Shown here: positions 8,431 through 20,460 of the stretch, piece by piece
Layout of the letters: each line of letters opens with the position of its first letter
How positions within the stretch are numbered: position 1 is the stretch's first letter
DNA from: an uncultured Chloroflexia bacterium
Lineage (GTDB): Bacteria; Chloroflexota; Limnocylindria; Limnocylindrales; CSP1-4
DNA length: 64,000 nucleotides
Assembly (NCBI GenBank): GCA_963828165.1
Contig: CAWHDR010000005.1
Span: 128,001 to 192,000, forward strand
Direction: 5' to 3'
The notes under the pieces: model-generated
Told to the model about the DNA's origin: nothing
Databases searched by the model: none
What the model saw: the letters and a program-made list of their open reading frames with translations, nothing else
Position numbers and translations under genes: made by a program

Positions 8431-11202
8431 TCACCCGGCCTCGAGCTGCCGGACGATCGCTCCACGGATCGAGGCGAGCGCGTCCGCGATACCCGCGCGG
8501 TCGGTGCCCATCCCCTGCGCCATCTGGGGGCGGCCGCCGCCCTTCGCCCCGATCGGCGCCGCCGCGGCCTTGACGAGTTCGCCCGCCGAGATCCCGCGTT
8601 CGACGAGATCGTCCGACACCGTGACGAAGAGCTGCGGGGCGTCCGCATCGAGCAGCAGGGCGATGACGCCCGACTCGAACGCTGCGCGGACCGCCTTTGC
8701 TGCGGCCTTGAGCGCCTCGGTCAATTCGTACGGGATCGCGGCCGCGACCAGCCGGACGCCCGGCGCGACCTCTTCCGATCTCGCGGCCAGCTCGGTGGGC
8801 TGCGGCACACCCGAGGCCGCGCCCGCCTTCAGGCGGCGCTTCGTCTCTCGGAGCTCGTCCAGCAGCGCCGCGATGCGGTCCTCGACGGCGTCGATCGTCT
8901 GTGCACCGACCGCTTCGACGACGCGCTCCAGCGTCTCGCTGCGCTCTCGCGCGAGTCGATCGGCCGCGGCCCCGGTGACGGCCTCGATGCGGCGCATCCC
9001 GGAACCGATGCTCCGCTCCCCGGTGATGTTGAAGCCACCGATCTGACCGGTCGCCCGGCAATGGGTCCCACCGCACAGCTCGAAGCTGTAGTCCTGGACT
9101 CGGATGGTCCGGACGGTCTCGCCGTATTTCTCGTCGAAGAAGGCGTCGGCTCCCTGCTCGATGGCTTCGGCCATCGGCATGAACGCGATCGTCACGGGGC
9201 GATCGTCGCGAACGATGCCGCGGACCTCGTCTTCGATGGCCTGCTTCTCGTCGTCCGTCAATGCCCGGTCGAACGGGTAGTCGAACCGCAGGCTGTCGGG
9301 GGTCACGAGCGACCCCGCCTGTCGCGCCCCCTCCCCGACCACGTTGCGCAACGCCCGGTGAAGCAGGTGGGTGCCCGTGTGGTTGCGCATCGTGTGGGCG
9401 CGACGTTCGGCATCGACGATCGCCTCGACGGTCTCGCCGACGCGTAGCCGGCCGTGGAGCGTGCCACGTTGCACGATCAAGCCGCCGACCGGCTTCTGCG
9501 TGTCGGTCACGGTGAACAGCTCGCTGCCGCCGCCCGGTTCTCGGATCGTCCCCTGGTCTCCGACCTGCCCACCGCCCTCCGCGTAGAACGGGGTGCGGTC
9601 GACTACCACCTCGGCTGCGCCGTTCCCGGTCAGCTCGTCGAATTCCACGCCGTCGCGCACGATCGCCACCACCCGGCCCTCGGCGGTGGTCGTCTCGTAG
9701 CCCATGAACGCGGTGTCGCCGTGGCGTGCCTGGATGGCGCTGTACAGCGACGTCGATTCCGCGTGCCGGGCGAGGTCGGCCTTCTTGCCCGAACGGCTGC
9801 GCTCCCGCTGCTCCGCGAGCGCGTCCTGGAACCCGGCAAGGTCGACCGTAAACCCGTATTCCGCGGCGAGCTCGACGGTCAGGTCGACCGGGAACCCGTA
9901 CGTGTCATGCAGCCGGAACGCGACGTCGCCGTCGAGGGCCGGTGCATCGCCCGGCAGGTCCTCCGGCCGGCGTCCGATGACGCGCTCGGGCGTCGTCCCG
10001 CCGAACGCATCGCGGATGGCCCCGTCGAGCAGCTTCGAGCCGGCGTCCAGGGTCCGGGCGAACTGGGCTTCCTCGCGCAGGATCGTGACCAGGATCGCGT
10101 CCCGCTTCTCGGCCAGGTGCGGATAGGCCTCGGCCATGGTGTCGATCACGACCGTCGCCGTCTCGGCCATGAACGGCTCGCGCCGACCCAGCAGCCGGCC
10201 GTGGCGAACGGCTCGACGCAGGATGCGACGCAGGACATAGCCCCTCCCCTCATTGCCCGGAAGGACGTCATCAGCGATGAGGAACGTGACGGCGCGGGAG
10301 TGGTCCGCGATGACCTGGTAGCTGAAACGCTCCTGCTCGAAGGCGTCCGGGTCGTGACCGAGCAGCTCCTGCATCCGGGCGTGGATCGGCGTGAACACGT
10401 CCGTGTCGTAGTTGGTCGGTACCTGCTGGAGGACGCTCGCGAGGCGCTCGAGACCCATCCCGGTGTCCACGCCTGGGGCCGGCAGCGGCACCAGCGAGCC
10501 GTCGGGCTGCAGATCGAACTCCATGAACACGAGGTTCCAGATCTCGAGCCAGCGCGGGCACTGCTCGCTGTGGTCGGGCACGCAATGCGGGCCCTCGCTG
10601 AGGTGTTCTCCGCGGTCGAAGTGGATCTCGCTGCACGGCCCGCACGGCCCGACGTCGGCCATGCGCCACCAGTTCTTCTCGTCGCCCTTGGGGAAATCGC
10701 CCCAGCGGACCAGGCGCTCTTCGGGCAGGCCGATCTCGTCGCGCCAGATGTCGAAGGCGACGTCGTCCGTCGTGTAGGTCGTGGCCGCCAGCCGTTCGCC
10801 CGGGATGCCCAGGTCGCGCGTCAGGAAGTCCCACGCGTAGTGGATCGCCTCGCGCTTGAAGTAGTCGCCGAAGCTCCAGTTGCCGAGCATCTCGAAGAGC
10901 GTGTGGTGACGCGGCGTGCGGCCGACCTCCTCGAAGTCGTTGTGCTTGCCGGCCACGCGCAGGCAGCGCTGGTAGTCGACCGCGCGCTGGTAGCTGCGCG
11001 TCTCGGCGCCGGTCAGGACGTCCTTGAACTGGACCATCCCGGAGTTCGTGAACAGGAGCGTCTGGTCACCCGCCGGCACCAGGCTGGCGCTGGGCACGGG
11101 CGTGTGGCCTCGCTCGGCGAAGAACTCGATGAAGCGCCGCCGGATCTCGCCGGACGGCAGGGACGTGATCCGGGGATCGCGGGTGACGGGTGGGGTCGGC
11201 AT
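8431..11202 (-). CDS. alaS: Alanine--tRNA ligase
   Basis: LLFTNSGMVQFK, HHTLFEMLGNWSFGDYFK, DTGMGLER, NHTGTHLL, ELCGGTH and GGGRPQMAQG motifs. Confidence 0.98.
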   Translation of the reverse strand: MPTPPVTRDPRITSLPSGEIRRRFIEFFAERGHTPVPSASLVPAGDQTLLFTNSGMVQFKDVLTGAETRSYQRAVDYQRCLRVAGKHNDFEEVGRTPRHHTLFEMLGNWSFGDYFKREAIHYAWDFLTRDLGIPGERLAATTYTTDDVAFDIWRDEIGLPEERLVRWGDFPKGDEKNWWRMADVGPCGPCSEIHFDRGEHLSEGPHCVPDHSEQCPRWLEIWNLVFMEFDLQPDGSLVPLPAPGVDTGMGLERLASVLQQVPTNYDTDVFTPIHARMQELLGHDPDAFEQERFSYQVIADHSRAVTFLIADDVLPGNEGRGYVLRRILRRAVRHGRLLGRREPFMAETATVVIDTMAEAYPHLAEKRDAILVTILREEAQFARTLDAGSKLLDGAIRDAFGGTTPERVIGRRPEDLPGDAPALDGDVAFRLHDTYGFPVDLTVELAAEYGFTVDLAGFQDALAEQRERSRSGKKADLARHAESTSLYSAIQARHGDTAFMGYETTTAEGRVVAIVRDGVEFDELTGNGAAEVVVDRTPFYAEGGGQVGDQGTIREPGGGSELFTVTDTQKPVGGLIVQRGTLHGRLRVGETVEAIVDAERRAHTMRNHTGTHLLHRALRNVVGEGARQAGSLVTPDSLRFDYPFDRALTDDEKQAIEDEVRGIVRDDRPVTIAFMPMAEAIEQGADAFFDEKYGETVRTIRVQDYSFELCGGTHCRATGQIGGFNITGERSIGSGMRRIEAVTGAAADRLARERSETLERVVEAVGAQTIDAVEDRIAALLDELRETKRRLKAGAASGVPQPTELAARSEEVAPGVRLVAAAIPYELTEALKAAAKAVRAAFESGVIALLLDADAPQLFVTVSDDLVERGISAGELVKAAAAPIGAKGGGRPQMAQGMGTDRAGIADALASIRGAIVRQLEAG

Positions 11203-11244
11203 CGGCCGCAATGGTACCGAACCGGACCGGGCCATCTCTGTTAC

Positions 11245-11332
11245 GCATCCGCTACCCCGCTTTCGGAAGCGCTGATGCCCTGGCCAGCCGCGATCGGTCA
11301 GGGTCGTTGCGTGCGATACGCAGCACAAGGAG
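11245..11332 (+). ncRNA. Candidate multi-hairpin leader upstream of a small Zn-ribbon gene
   Basis: GCATC/GATGC enclosing CGCTT/AAGCG; CCCTGGCC/GGTCAGGG; GTTGCGT/ACGCAGC directly before AAGGAG. Confidence 0.35.
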
Positions 11333-11337
11333 ATGTC

Positions 11338-11520
11338 ATGGCCTTTGTCCGAAAGTGCGAACAATGCGGGAACGTCGACGCTCGCCAGAACTGGTCATCT
11401 GCGGCAGAGGCCGCGGACCAGGGAGCGTTCCAGAAGTGGACGTGCCCCACTTGTGCCTGGACGGAGTTCGACCTCGTCGAGGAGTCCGAGGCGACGCAGG
11501 CCGCCGCGCCCTCCCGCTGA
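11338..11520 (+). CDS. 60-aa zinc-ribbon protein
   Basis: AAGGAG SD; MAFVRKCEQCG...WTCPTCAW has two CxxC motifs; followed by a hairpin. Confidence 0.8.
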   Translation: MAFVRKCEQCGNVDARQNWSSAAEAADQGAFQKWTCPTCAWTEFDLVEESEATQAAAPSR

Positions 11521-11524
11521 TGCC

Positions 11525-11548
11525 CGTCCGCCCGCGTTCGGGCGGACG
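11525..11548 (+). terminator. Perfect 10-bp hairpin, probable terminator
   Basis: CGTCCGCCCG-cgtt-CGGGCGGACG followed by acgtttc. Confidence 0.6.
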
Positions 11549-11703
11549 ACGTTTCATCGCCGTCTCAGGGGACTCTCAGTGCGACCGGGACCATGCCCGG
11601 GACCGATCCCCACTCGTCGACGTGTGGCGACCCTCCTGAACGTGACCCAGGACGGCGACACGTACAGGACCACCTTCGAGATCGCCGTCCAGCTGGCCTG
11701 AAC

Positions 11704-11820
11704 CTAGCGCGGCGGGCTGCCCCGAAGGCTGCGCCAGATCCGCGACCCGGCGATCACCGCACCGATCAACGCCCCGATCGTCAGGCCGCGCAGGAACCTG
11801 GCCTGCTCGGGCGTGCTCAC
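11704..11820 (-). CDS. 38-aa single-TM small protein (absent from the ORF track)
   Basis: GTGA overlap with the upstream stop; [38 protein letters not shown]. Confidence 0.6.
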   Translation of the reverse strand: MSTPEQARFLRGLTIGALIGAVIAGSRIWRSLRGSPPR

Positions 11821-12098
11821 GTCCGCCGCTCCGCGGATGGGCCGAGAACCGCAACGACGGACACGAGCCCGATGCCGACCCAGGCCACGATCGACGCGCC
11901 GAGCAGCTGGTAGTCGCCGAGCGTCGCGAACTCGATGCCGAGTCGACCGAAGATCGCGTCACCGGCCCACGCGCCGAGGATGGCCGCCCCCACGAGCAAG
12001 GGCAGGCGGCCGCCCGCGGTGCCGCGGATCGCCACGGACAGGGCCGTGTGGAAGATGCCGACCAGCACGGACAGGACCAGCGAGGGCTCCAGGCTCAC
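11817..12098 (-). CDS. Small three-TM membrane protein
   Basis: GTGA overlap with the mnmA stop; 93 hydrophobic aa with AILGAWAG-type glycine-rich helices. Confidence 0.75.
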   Translation of the reverse strand: MSLEPSLVLSVLVGIFHTALSVAIRGTAGGRLPLLVGAAILGAWAGDAIFGRLGIEFATLGDYQLLGASIVAWVGIGLVSVVAVLGPSAERRT

Positions 12099-13232
12099 GC
12101 CGGAGCAAGGATCCCGGCGCGATCGGGCGAGGCCGTCTCTGACGTGGCCGCCCGCTCCGGCGCCTCGATGCGACCGCCGCCGATGACCTCGTCGCCGTCG
12201 TACAGCACGGCGGCCTGCCCGGGGGCTGCGGCCCAAACGGGCGTCTCGGTGACGACGGCCCAGCGCTTGTCGCCGAGGGAGCGCACGGTCGCGGGGATGA
12301 GCGTGGCGCGGTGGCGGATCCGGACCGTGGCCCGGAACGGTGAGACGGGCACGTCCGGCGCGATGAACGATGCCCGCTCGATCGTGAACTCGCGCGATCT
12401 CGAGGTCCTCACGGCGGCCCAGCTGGATCGTGTTGGAGCGCGGGTCGATGCGCGAGACGTAGCGCGGCTCGCCCAGCGCGACCCCCAGGCCCTTGCGCTG
12501 GCCCACGGTGTAGCCGGCCGATCCCCCGTGCTTACCAACGCTCGCACCGTCCACATCCAGCAGGGGCCCGGCCTCCGGCGTCCATCCGGCGCGCTCCCGC
12601 AGCGCGTCCCGGTAGTCACCGCCGGGCACGAAGCAGATCTCCTGGCTCTCGGGCTTGTCCGCGGTCACCAGCCCCAGTGAACGCGCCACGGCGCGCACCT
12701 CGGGCTTCGTCAGCTCCCCAAGGGGGAAGCGCGCATGCTCGAGCTGGTCGGCTCGCAGGCCGTACAGGAAATACGTCTGATCCTTGTCCTCGTCGCGTGC
12801 CCGCAGCAGTCGCGCCCGCCCGTCTTCGTCGACGGCCCGGCGAGCGTAGTGACCGGTCGCGACCGCCTCGCACTCGTACAGGTGACGAGCTCGGCCGAGC
12901 AGCGCCCCGAACTTCACGTAGGTGTTGCAGTCGACGCACGGGCTCGGTGTCCGGCCGTCGAGGTAGGCGTCGAGGAAGGGCGCGATCACCCCGGCATCGA
13001 ACTCGCGCTCGAGGTTCATGACGTAGAACGGGATGTCGAGCTGCGCGGCGACGCGCCGGGCGTCATCGGCGGCATCGAGCGAGCAGCAGCTCTTCTTGAA
13101 CTCCGAATACGTGTCGGCGACGTCGTGCAGGCGCATCCAGACCCCGACGACGTCGTGACCTTGCTCGCGCAGGAGCGCCGCGGCGACCGACGAGTCGACC
13201 CCGCCGGACATCGCCACCAGGATGCGGCTCAT
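12095..13232 (-). CDS. mnmA: tRNA 2-thiouridylase MnmA, with a +1 frameshift near 12398 (likely sequence error)
   Basis: [39 protein letters not shown] and [10 protein letters not shown] motifs. The C-terminal APGQAAVLY...GGG is in the 12095-12619 frame. Confidence 0.93.
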
Positions 13233-14413
13233 ACCCCGATCGCCTGCCCGAGCGGGTCGCTGGCGACGCTCGCACCCCCGACGCGCATGGACGCGATGAC
13301 CCGGGGCACGACCTCGCAGGCGACGGCGACCTCCTCGTCGGTCGTCGTCCGTCCCAGGGACAGGCGCAGCGCCCCGCGGGCCTCTTCTTCCGGGTAGCCC
13401 ATCGCGGTCAGCACGTGACTGACCTCGGTCGAGCCGGTCGTACACGCCGAGCCCACGGAACAGGCGATCCCCTCGAGGTCCAGCGACATCGACACCGACG
13501 CCCCGTCCGTGTCGCGCGCGATGATCGAGAGCAGCCCTGGCAGCCGCTGCTTGGGATGGCCGGTCGTCTCCGTGCCGGGCGTGGCCAGGATCGCCTTGGT
13601 GAGCCGCTCGCGATGGCGGCGCAGGCGGCCGACCGTCTCCGATCGCTCGGAACACGACAGGTCGTACGCGGCGGCCAGGCCGACCGCCCCGGCCACGTTC
13701 TCCGTGCCCGCGCGGCGGTGGCGCTCCTGGGTGCCGCCCTGCTGCTGGGCGAGGATGTGGGTGCCGTGGCGGACGAACAGCGCGCCGACGCCCTTGGGCC
13801 CCTCGAACTTGTGGGCCCCGAGCGACACGAGGTCGGCATCCAGGGTGCTCAGGTCCAGATCGACGTACGGGGCCGCCTGGACGGCATCGACATGGAGGAG
13901 GACGCCCTTGCGCGCACGAACGACCTTCGCGATCTCGGCCATCGGCTGGATCGTGCCGACCTCGTTGTTGGCGAGCATGATCGAGACCAGGATCGTGCGG
14001 TCCGTGAGGGCCGCCTCGAGCTGGTCCGGATCCACCCGCCCATAGCGGTCGACCGGGAGCTCGACGATCTCGAAGCCGAACTTCTCGAGGTGGCCCAGCG
14101 TATGCCCCACGGCGTGGTGCTCGATGGCCGACGTCACGATCCGATGGCCGTGCGCCTTGCCGGCCCAGGCCGCGCCCTTGAGCGCGAGGTTGTTCGCTTC
14201 GGTGCCACCCGACGTGAAGACGATCTCGCGCGGCTCGGCGTGGAGCCGGGTCGCGACCCGCTCGTGCGCTTCGTCGAGGGCCGCCCGGGCCGTGCGGCCG
14301 AACGCATGCGCCGACGACGGATTGCCGAAGGCTTCCGTCAGGTACGGGAGCATCGCATCGAGGACCTCGCGCCGGAGCGGGGTCGTCGCCGCGTGGTCGA
14401 GATAGATCGCCAT
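13229..14413 (-). CDS. iscS: Cysteine desulfurase (IscS/NifS family)
   Basis: [44 protein letters not shown]; coupled to mnmA. Confidence 0.95.
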   Translation of the reverse strand: MAIYLDHAATTPLRREVLDAMLPYLTEAFGNPSSAHAFGRTARAALDEAHERVATRLHAEPREIVFTSGGTEANNLALKGAAWAGKAHGHRIVTSAIEHHAVGHTLGHLEKFGFEIVELPVDRYGRVDPDQLEAALTDRTILVSIMLANNEVGTIQPMAEIAKVVRARKGVLLHVDAVQAAPYVDLDLSTLDADLVSLGAHKFEGPKGVGALFVRHGTHILAQQQGGTQERHRRAGTENVAGAVGLAAAYDLSCSERSETVGRLRRHRERLTKAILATPGTETTGHPKQRLPGLLSIIARDTDGASVSMSLDLEGIACSVGSACTTGSTEVSHVLTAMGYPEEEARGALRLSLGRTTTDEEVAVACEVVPRVIASMRVGGASVASDPLGQAIGV

Positions 14414-14430
14414 CGGGCGGATTGTACGCT

Positions 14431-14462
14431 CGGGCGCCCGGGTGCCCCGCAGGGGGCGCCCG
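14431..14462. terminator. GC-rich hairpin downstream of the GSDH-SLH gene
   Basis: CGGGCGCCC(14431-39)...GGGCGCCCG(14454-62). Confidence 0.4.
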
Positions 14463-14480
14463 GAGGCCGTCAGTGGTCCG

Positions 14481-16205
14481 CTAGGGCGCGTACTCGAGCG
14501 CCCGCTTCAGGAACGCCGCCATCTGCCCGCGCGTCACGCTGGATGTCGGGCAATACCGCCGTGTCCCGCAGCCGCCGGTGATGCCCGCGGCAGCCAGTCG
14601 GTTGATCGAGGACTCGCCGGTCTTGCCGTCGTCGTCATCGAAGAAATCCGTGCTCGTCGCGGGCGGATCGAGCTCCTTGTCGAGGAAGATCGCCATCTCG
14701 GCGCGGGTGACGCGGCGGGTCGGGCAATAGAGCGTGGGGCTACCGCAACCGCTCGTGATGCCGGCCGCCCGCAACGCGTTGATCGAGGATTCGCCGGAGC
14801 GACCCTCATCGTCGGTGAAATAGTCGGTGGCGGTCGAGGGATGATCGAAGGCGCGCACGAGGAAGATCGCCATCTGCTCCCGCGTGACGGCTGCCGACGG
14901 GCAGTACCGGCCGCTCCCGCACCCGACCGTGATGCCCTCGTACAGGATCCAGTGGATGCTGTCGAGGAACGTGGAGGTCGCGATGTCCTTGAACTCGGGG
15001 GCGATGACCCGATACAGGGAGCCGTTGAGATCGGTCAGGTAGAGCTCGCCGGATTCGCTCTCGCCGAACGAGCTGATGTTGAGACTGGTGTCCCTGCGAA
15101 CGGTGATCGTGCTGCTGCCATTCCCCATCGTCCAGATGCGGCCGCTGCAGAAGTCGCCGAACACGTAGAGACCCTGCAGGTCACGGTGCGTCCCGCGGTA
15201 GACGTAGCCGCCGGTGATCGAGCAGCCCAGTGAGTGCGTGTACTCGGCGACCGGCAGGATGTCATTGGCCGGGGGCGTACAGCCCGAGACCCGGCAGTGC
15301 TTGCCTTCCATGACGTCCCAGCCGTAATTCCCGCCGCCCGCGAAGCTGTTCAGTTCGCGGTTGATCTCCTCGTAGCGGTCCTGACCGACATCGGCGATGA
15401 AGAGATTCCCGTTGGCGCGGTCGAAGGCGATGCGCCACGGGTTTCGCATCCCCCAGGCCCAGATCTGGTCGGCGCCGGTCTTGCCCACGAACGGGTTGTC
15501 GTCCGGGATCGCGTAGTTCGGGTGGCTGGAGGGGCCAGCGTGATTGACATCGATCCGCAGGATCTTGCCGAGCAGGACATTGCGGTCCTGGGCGTTGTTA
15601 CCCGGGTCGTTGGCGCCGCCCCCATCGCCCACGGCGATGTAGAGGTAGTTGTCGGGGCCGAAGGCGAGGCCACCGCCGTTGTGGTTCGTATTTGCGCTGT
15701 GCTCGATGCGCAGCAGCGGGACCTCGGTCGTCAGGCTCACGGCGGTCTTCGTTGAGTTCGCGGTCAGCTTACTGACGATGATGTCGCCATCGGTCCTGGT
15801 GTAGTAGACGTACAGCAACCGGTTGGTCTCGAAGTTGGGATGGAACGCCAGGCCGAGCAGGCCTCGCTCGCCACCGGCCCTGATCCTCGAACTGATGTTG
15901 AGGAAGGTGCCCGTCACTGCGCCACCCTTGACGACGCGAACCCGGCCGCCGCGCTCCACGACGAACAGGCGGCCGGAGCCATCCTCGGCATGGGTCACCC
16001 CGAGCGGGCTGCTGAGGCCGCCGGTGACCTTGACCACGGTCAGCTGTCCCGAAACGAGCGCCGCTGGCTCGATGGTCTCGGTGGTGCGCTCAACGGGCGC
16101 CGCGACCTGGGGCTCGTGTGCGGCCACGGGGATCACGCTGACCACGGTGGCGGCAGCCGCCAGGATGGCCGGCAGGACGGTTCGCAGGTGGCGTCGGGTC
16201 ATCAT
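14481..16205 (-). CDS. Secreted PQQ-dependent sugar dehydrogenase (GSDH beta-propeller) with C-terminal SLH repeats
   Basis: Signal peptide; GERGLLGLAFHP, NHNGG, GMRNPWR, DVGQ..YEEIN, GGNYGW; three GIT.GC....YCP...VTR.QMA.FL SLH repeats. Confidence 0.9.
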   Translation of the reverse strand: MMTRRHLRTVLPAILAAAATVVSVIPVAAHEPQVAAPVERTTETIEPAALVSGQLTVVKVTGGLSSPLGVTHAEDGSGRLFVVERGGRVRVVKGGAVTGTFLNISSRIRAGGERGLLGLAFHPNFETNRLLYVYYTRTDGDIIVSKLTANSTKTAVSLTTEVPLLRIEHSANTNHNGGGLAFGPDNYLYIAVGDGGGANDPGNNAQDRNVLLGKILRIDVNHAGPSSHPNYAIPDDNPFVGKTGADQIWAWGMRNPWRIAFDRANGNLFIADVGQDRYEEINRELNSFAGGGNYGWDVMEGKHCRVSGCTPPANDILPVAEYTHSLGCSITGGYVYRGTHRDLQGLYVFGDFCSGRIWTMGNGSSTITVRRDTSLNISSFGESESGELYLTDLNGSLYRVIAPEFKDIATSTFLDSIHWILYEGITVGCGSGRYCPSAAVTREQMAIFLVRAFDHPSTATDYFTDDEGRSGESSINALRAAGITSGCGSPTLYCPTRRVTRAEMAIFLDKELDPPATSTDFFDDDDGKTGESSINRLAAAGITGGCGTRRYCPTSSVTRGQMAAFLKRALEYAP

Positions 16206-16208
16206 GGG

Positions 16209-17492
16209 TTAGCCCTCCGGTGGAGCCGCGAATGCGCGGTACAGGAATGCGGCCATCTGGCCGCGGGTGACACGTTCCTTGGGGCAGTACAGGTCCGGGC
16301 CGCAACCGCCCGTGATGCCGGCTTCGAACAGGCTGTCGATGTCGCGCTCATGCGTCGATCCGTTGTCGTCCCTGAAATGGTTGGGGTTCACCGCCGGTGG
16401 CAGGTCGAGCGTCCTCACGAGAAAGCTCGCCATCTGGCCGCGGGTGACCGTGTCATGCGGGCAGTAGCGGCGGACGCCGCAGCCACCGGTGATGTGCGCA
16501 GCGGCCAGCCGATTGATCGCCGCCTCGCCGGTGGCGCCATCGTCGTCGTCGAAGAAATCCTCGTCGGTCGGCGGCAGGTCCGTCGCGCGGTCGATGAACA
16601 TCGCCATCTGGGCGCGGGTCACGGCATTGCCGTAGCAGTACATGTCCACGAAGCAGCCGGTGGTGATCCCGTTCGCGAACGCCCACGCGATGTGGGTTTC
16701 GAACGTCGTGCCCTTCCAATCGTTGATGCAACCGGTCCCGCGACTGACCACGGATACCGATGTGCCGCTCGAGCCGAACCGCACCTTCGTCCAGCCGCAC
16801 CGCCCCGTCTCGTCCTCCTCGAGGAACCAGTCGTTCGGGTCGGACATCGCGCGGACCGTGTACGTCCCGCCCGGCAGTCCGGTGATGTCGATCCACTGGT
16901 GCGGGAGGCTCCAGCGGTACGTATCCGCCCAGCCGACCGAGATCCCGGTCCGCGACGTCAGGGCCGTCCGGCCACCACACCACGATTCGCGGTAATGCGG
17001 ACTCCCCGGCGAGCGAGGCAGGCTGGGCGACCACAACGTCGTATCGAAGAAGCAGAACCCGACCTTGCGGTCGGTCCTGGTGCCGTGACCGGACCACAGG
17101 TGGTACGCCATCATGCTCTTGACGTGCCAGTGGTTGTGGCCGTCGCCCCCGTACATCAGCGTGGCCTCGGTGTCCATCCGCCGTTCTCCGCCGGACGTGT
17201 TGTCGATGACCTGCCGTACACGCCAGGGAGACGAGCTACTGGTGCGCTGCGCCAGGATCTCGATGGGGCCGGCGCCCTTGTTGATGAGGATGCCCGTGAA
17301 CCGCAGGAGTCGCCGGCCGTTGCTGTTGACGATCCGGAACTGGGACGGGCTGGCCGCGCTCAGGTCGGGGAGTCGGTCGGCCGCCGCCGCGGCCTCAGGC
17401 GTCGCCCACGTTGGCACCAGGGCGATGAGGGCAAGGGTTGCGGCGAACAGGAGGCGTCGGACGGACCCCCGGCCCGTTTGGCGCTTCGTCAC
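16209..17492 (-). CDS. Secreted lysyl-oxidase-family protein with C-terminal SLH repeats
   Basis: Signal peptide; LPDL, RLLRF, HNHWH (Cu), KVGFCFFD, GISVGWADTY...QWIDITGLPGGTY; three SLH repeats. Confidence 0.88.
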   Translation of the reverse strand: MTKRQTGRGSVRRLLFAATLALIALVPTWATPEAAAAADRLPDLSAASPSQFRIVNSNGRRLLRFTGILINKGAGPIEILAQRTSSSSPWRVRQVIDNTSGGERRMDTEATLMYGGDGHNHWHVKSMMAYHLWSGHGTRTDRKVGFCFFDTTLWSPSLPRSPGSPHYRESWCGGRTALTSRTGISVGWADTYRWSLPHQWIDITGLPGGTYTVRAMSDPNDWFLEEDETGRCGWTKVRFGSSGTSVSVVSRGTGCINDWKGTTFETHIAWAFANGITTGCFVDMYCYGNAVTRAQMAMFIDRATDLPPTDEDFFDDDDGATGEAAINRLAAAHITGGCGVRRYCPHDTVTRGQMASFLVRTLDLPPAVNPNHFRDDNGSTHERDIDSLFEAGITGGCGPDLYCPKERVTRGQMAAFLYRAFAAPPEG

Positions 17493-17573
17493 CTCGCCAC
17501 CCTACACGGTCGGGCAACCCCCGCGCTGGCCGGTCCATCCCCGTAGATGGCGTACCCGGCCGGACGTGCCAGG

Positions 17574-19511
<1,938 letters not shown>

Positions 19512-19585
19512 GGTGGGGCGGGACTCCGGGTGCTGGTGGGGACGGCCGATTGTCCCACGGAACGCCTGCTAGCATCGAGGGCCTC

Positions 19586-20317
19586 ATGACCGTTGCCGCC
19601 GTGATCCTGTCCGCCACCGCGCCAGGCGCCGTCGCAGACACGCTGGGCCAACCGCGCGTCCGGCGGCTCGTGGACATCGCCTGGTCGGGCGGCGCGTTGC
19701 CGGTGGTCGTGGTCTCGCCGGACGACGACGGCGCGGTCGCGGCGGCGCTCGTCGGGAGTGAGGCAGTGTTCGGGGCTCCAGCCGCGGCGGAGGCTGGTCC
19801 CGCCGGTCAGATGGTCCGCGGCGTGGAACTCGCCCTGGCCGAGGTCCGCGAGACGAGTGCGGTCCTGGTGTGGCCGGCACGGATGACCTGGGTCGGACCC
19901 GAGACCGTGACCTCGCTCATCGAGGCGCACGGCACGGACACCGCCACGATCCTGCGACCGGCCTGGGACGGGACCCCGGGCTGGCCGGTGCTCGTCCCGA
20001 TCGAGAACCTGCTTGCCCTGCGCGGCGTGGCGGCGAACCGGATGCCGGCGGATGTGATCGACGAACTCGCTGCCGCCGCACCGTCACGGATCGTCGAGGT
20101 GGGCGACCCGGGGGTCGTCCACGACGCCGAGACTCCGTTCGCCGACCTGCCGCCGTACGACGGCCCGCCCGACCCGCCCGCCGGCCACACCCATGAATGG
20201 GGCGACGGCGTGGACGGCGTCGAAGGGGACGGCGTCGACGAGGGCGTGCCCGGGGAGGGCCGCGGCCTCGCGCCGTTCCCGCAAGCGGCCGACGACGCGG
20301 CGGTCGACGCGGACTGA
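19586..20317 (+). CDS. Divergent MobA/MocA-like NTP-transferase domain protein
   Basis: VAAVIL...GQP.VRR, G...G, P...G.PGWPVL, VGDPGV..D..T..D layout; the glycine-rich nucleotide loop is missing; TGcTAGCAT upstream. Confidence 0.7.
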   Translation: MTVAAVILSATAPGAVADTLGQPRVRRLVDIAWSGGALPVVVVSPDDDGAVAAALVGSEAVFGAPAAAEAGPAGQMVRGVELALAEVRETSAVLVWPARMTWVGPETVTSLIEAHGTDTATILRPAWDGTPGWPVLVPIENLLALRGVAANRMPADVIDELAAAAPSRIVEVGDPGVVHDAETPFADLPPYDGPPDPPAGHTHEWGDGVDGVEGDGVDEGVPGEGRGLAPFPQAADDAAVDAD

Positions 20318-20460
20318 AGCCGGCGCGCTACCAGGAGCAGGACGACGGCGGCGAGGAGCACCCAGAAGACCACGAGACCCGGAATGGCGCCCGGGACGAG
20401 CACCGGCTCAGCACCCGGGTCCGACGACGGGTCCGCCGGCGGTTCGCTCACGCGCGGCGA

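Noticed and set aside
11245-11290. Fluoride riboswitch or hammerhead (GCTGATG motif)
   Set aside because: Lacks the upstream GATGG pseudoknot arm and the CTGATGA...GAAA core.
11593-11701. Protein-like fragment (ATLLNVTQDGDTYRTTFEIAVQLA*)
   Set aside because: No convincing start or SD; possibly a remnant, unsupported.
19807-20451. Minus-strand ORF beginning with a plausible TM peptide (MSEPPADP...LVVFWVLLAAVVLLLVARR)
   Set aside because: The first ~46 codons look like a small membrane protein, but the frame runs 500 nt antisense into the NTP-transferase gene; it cannot be delimited.
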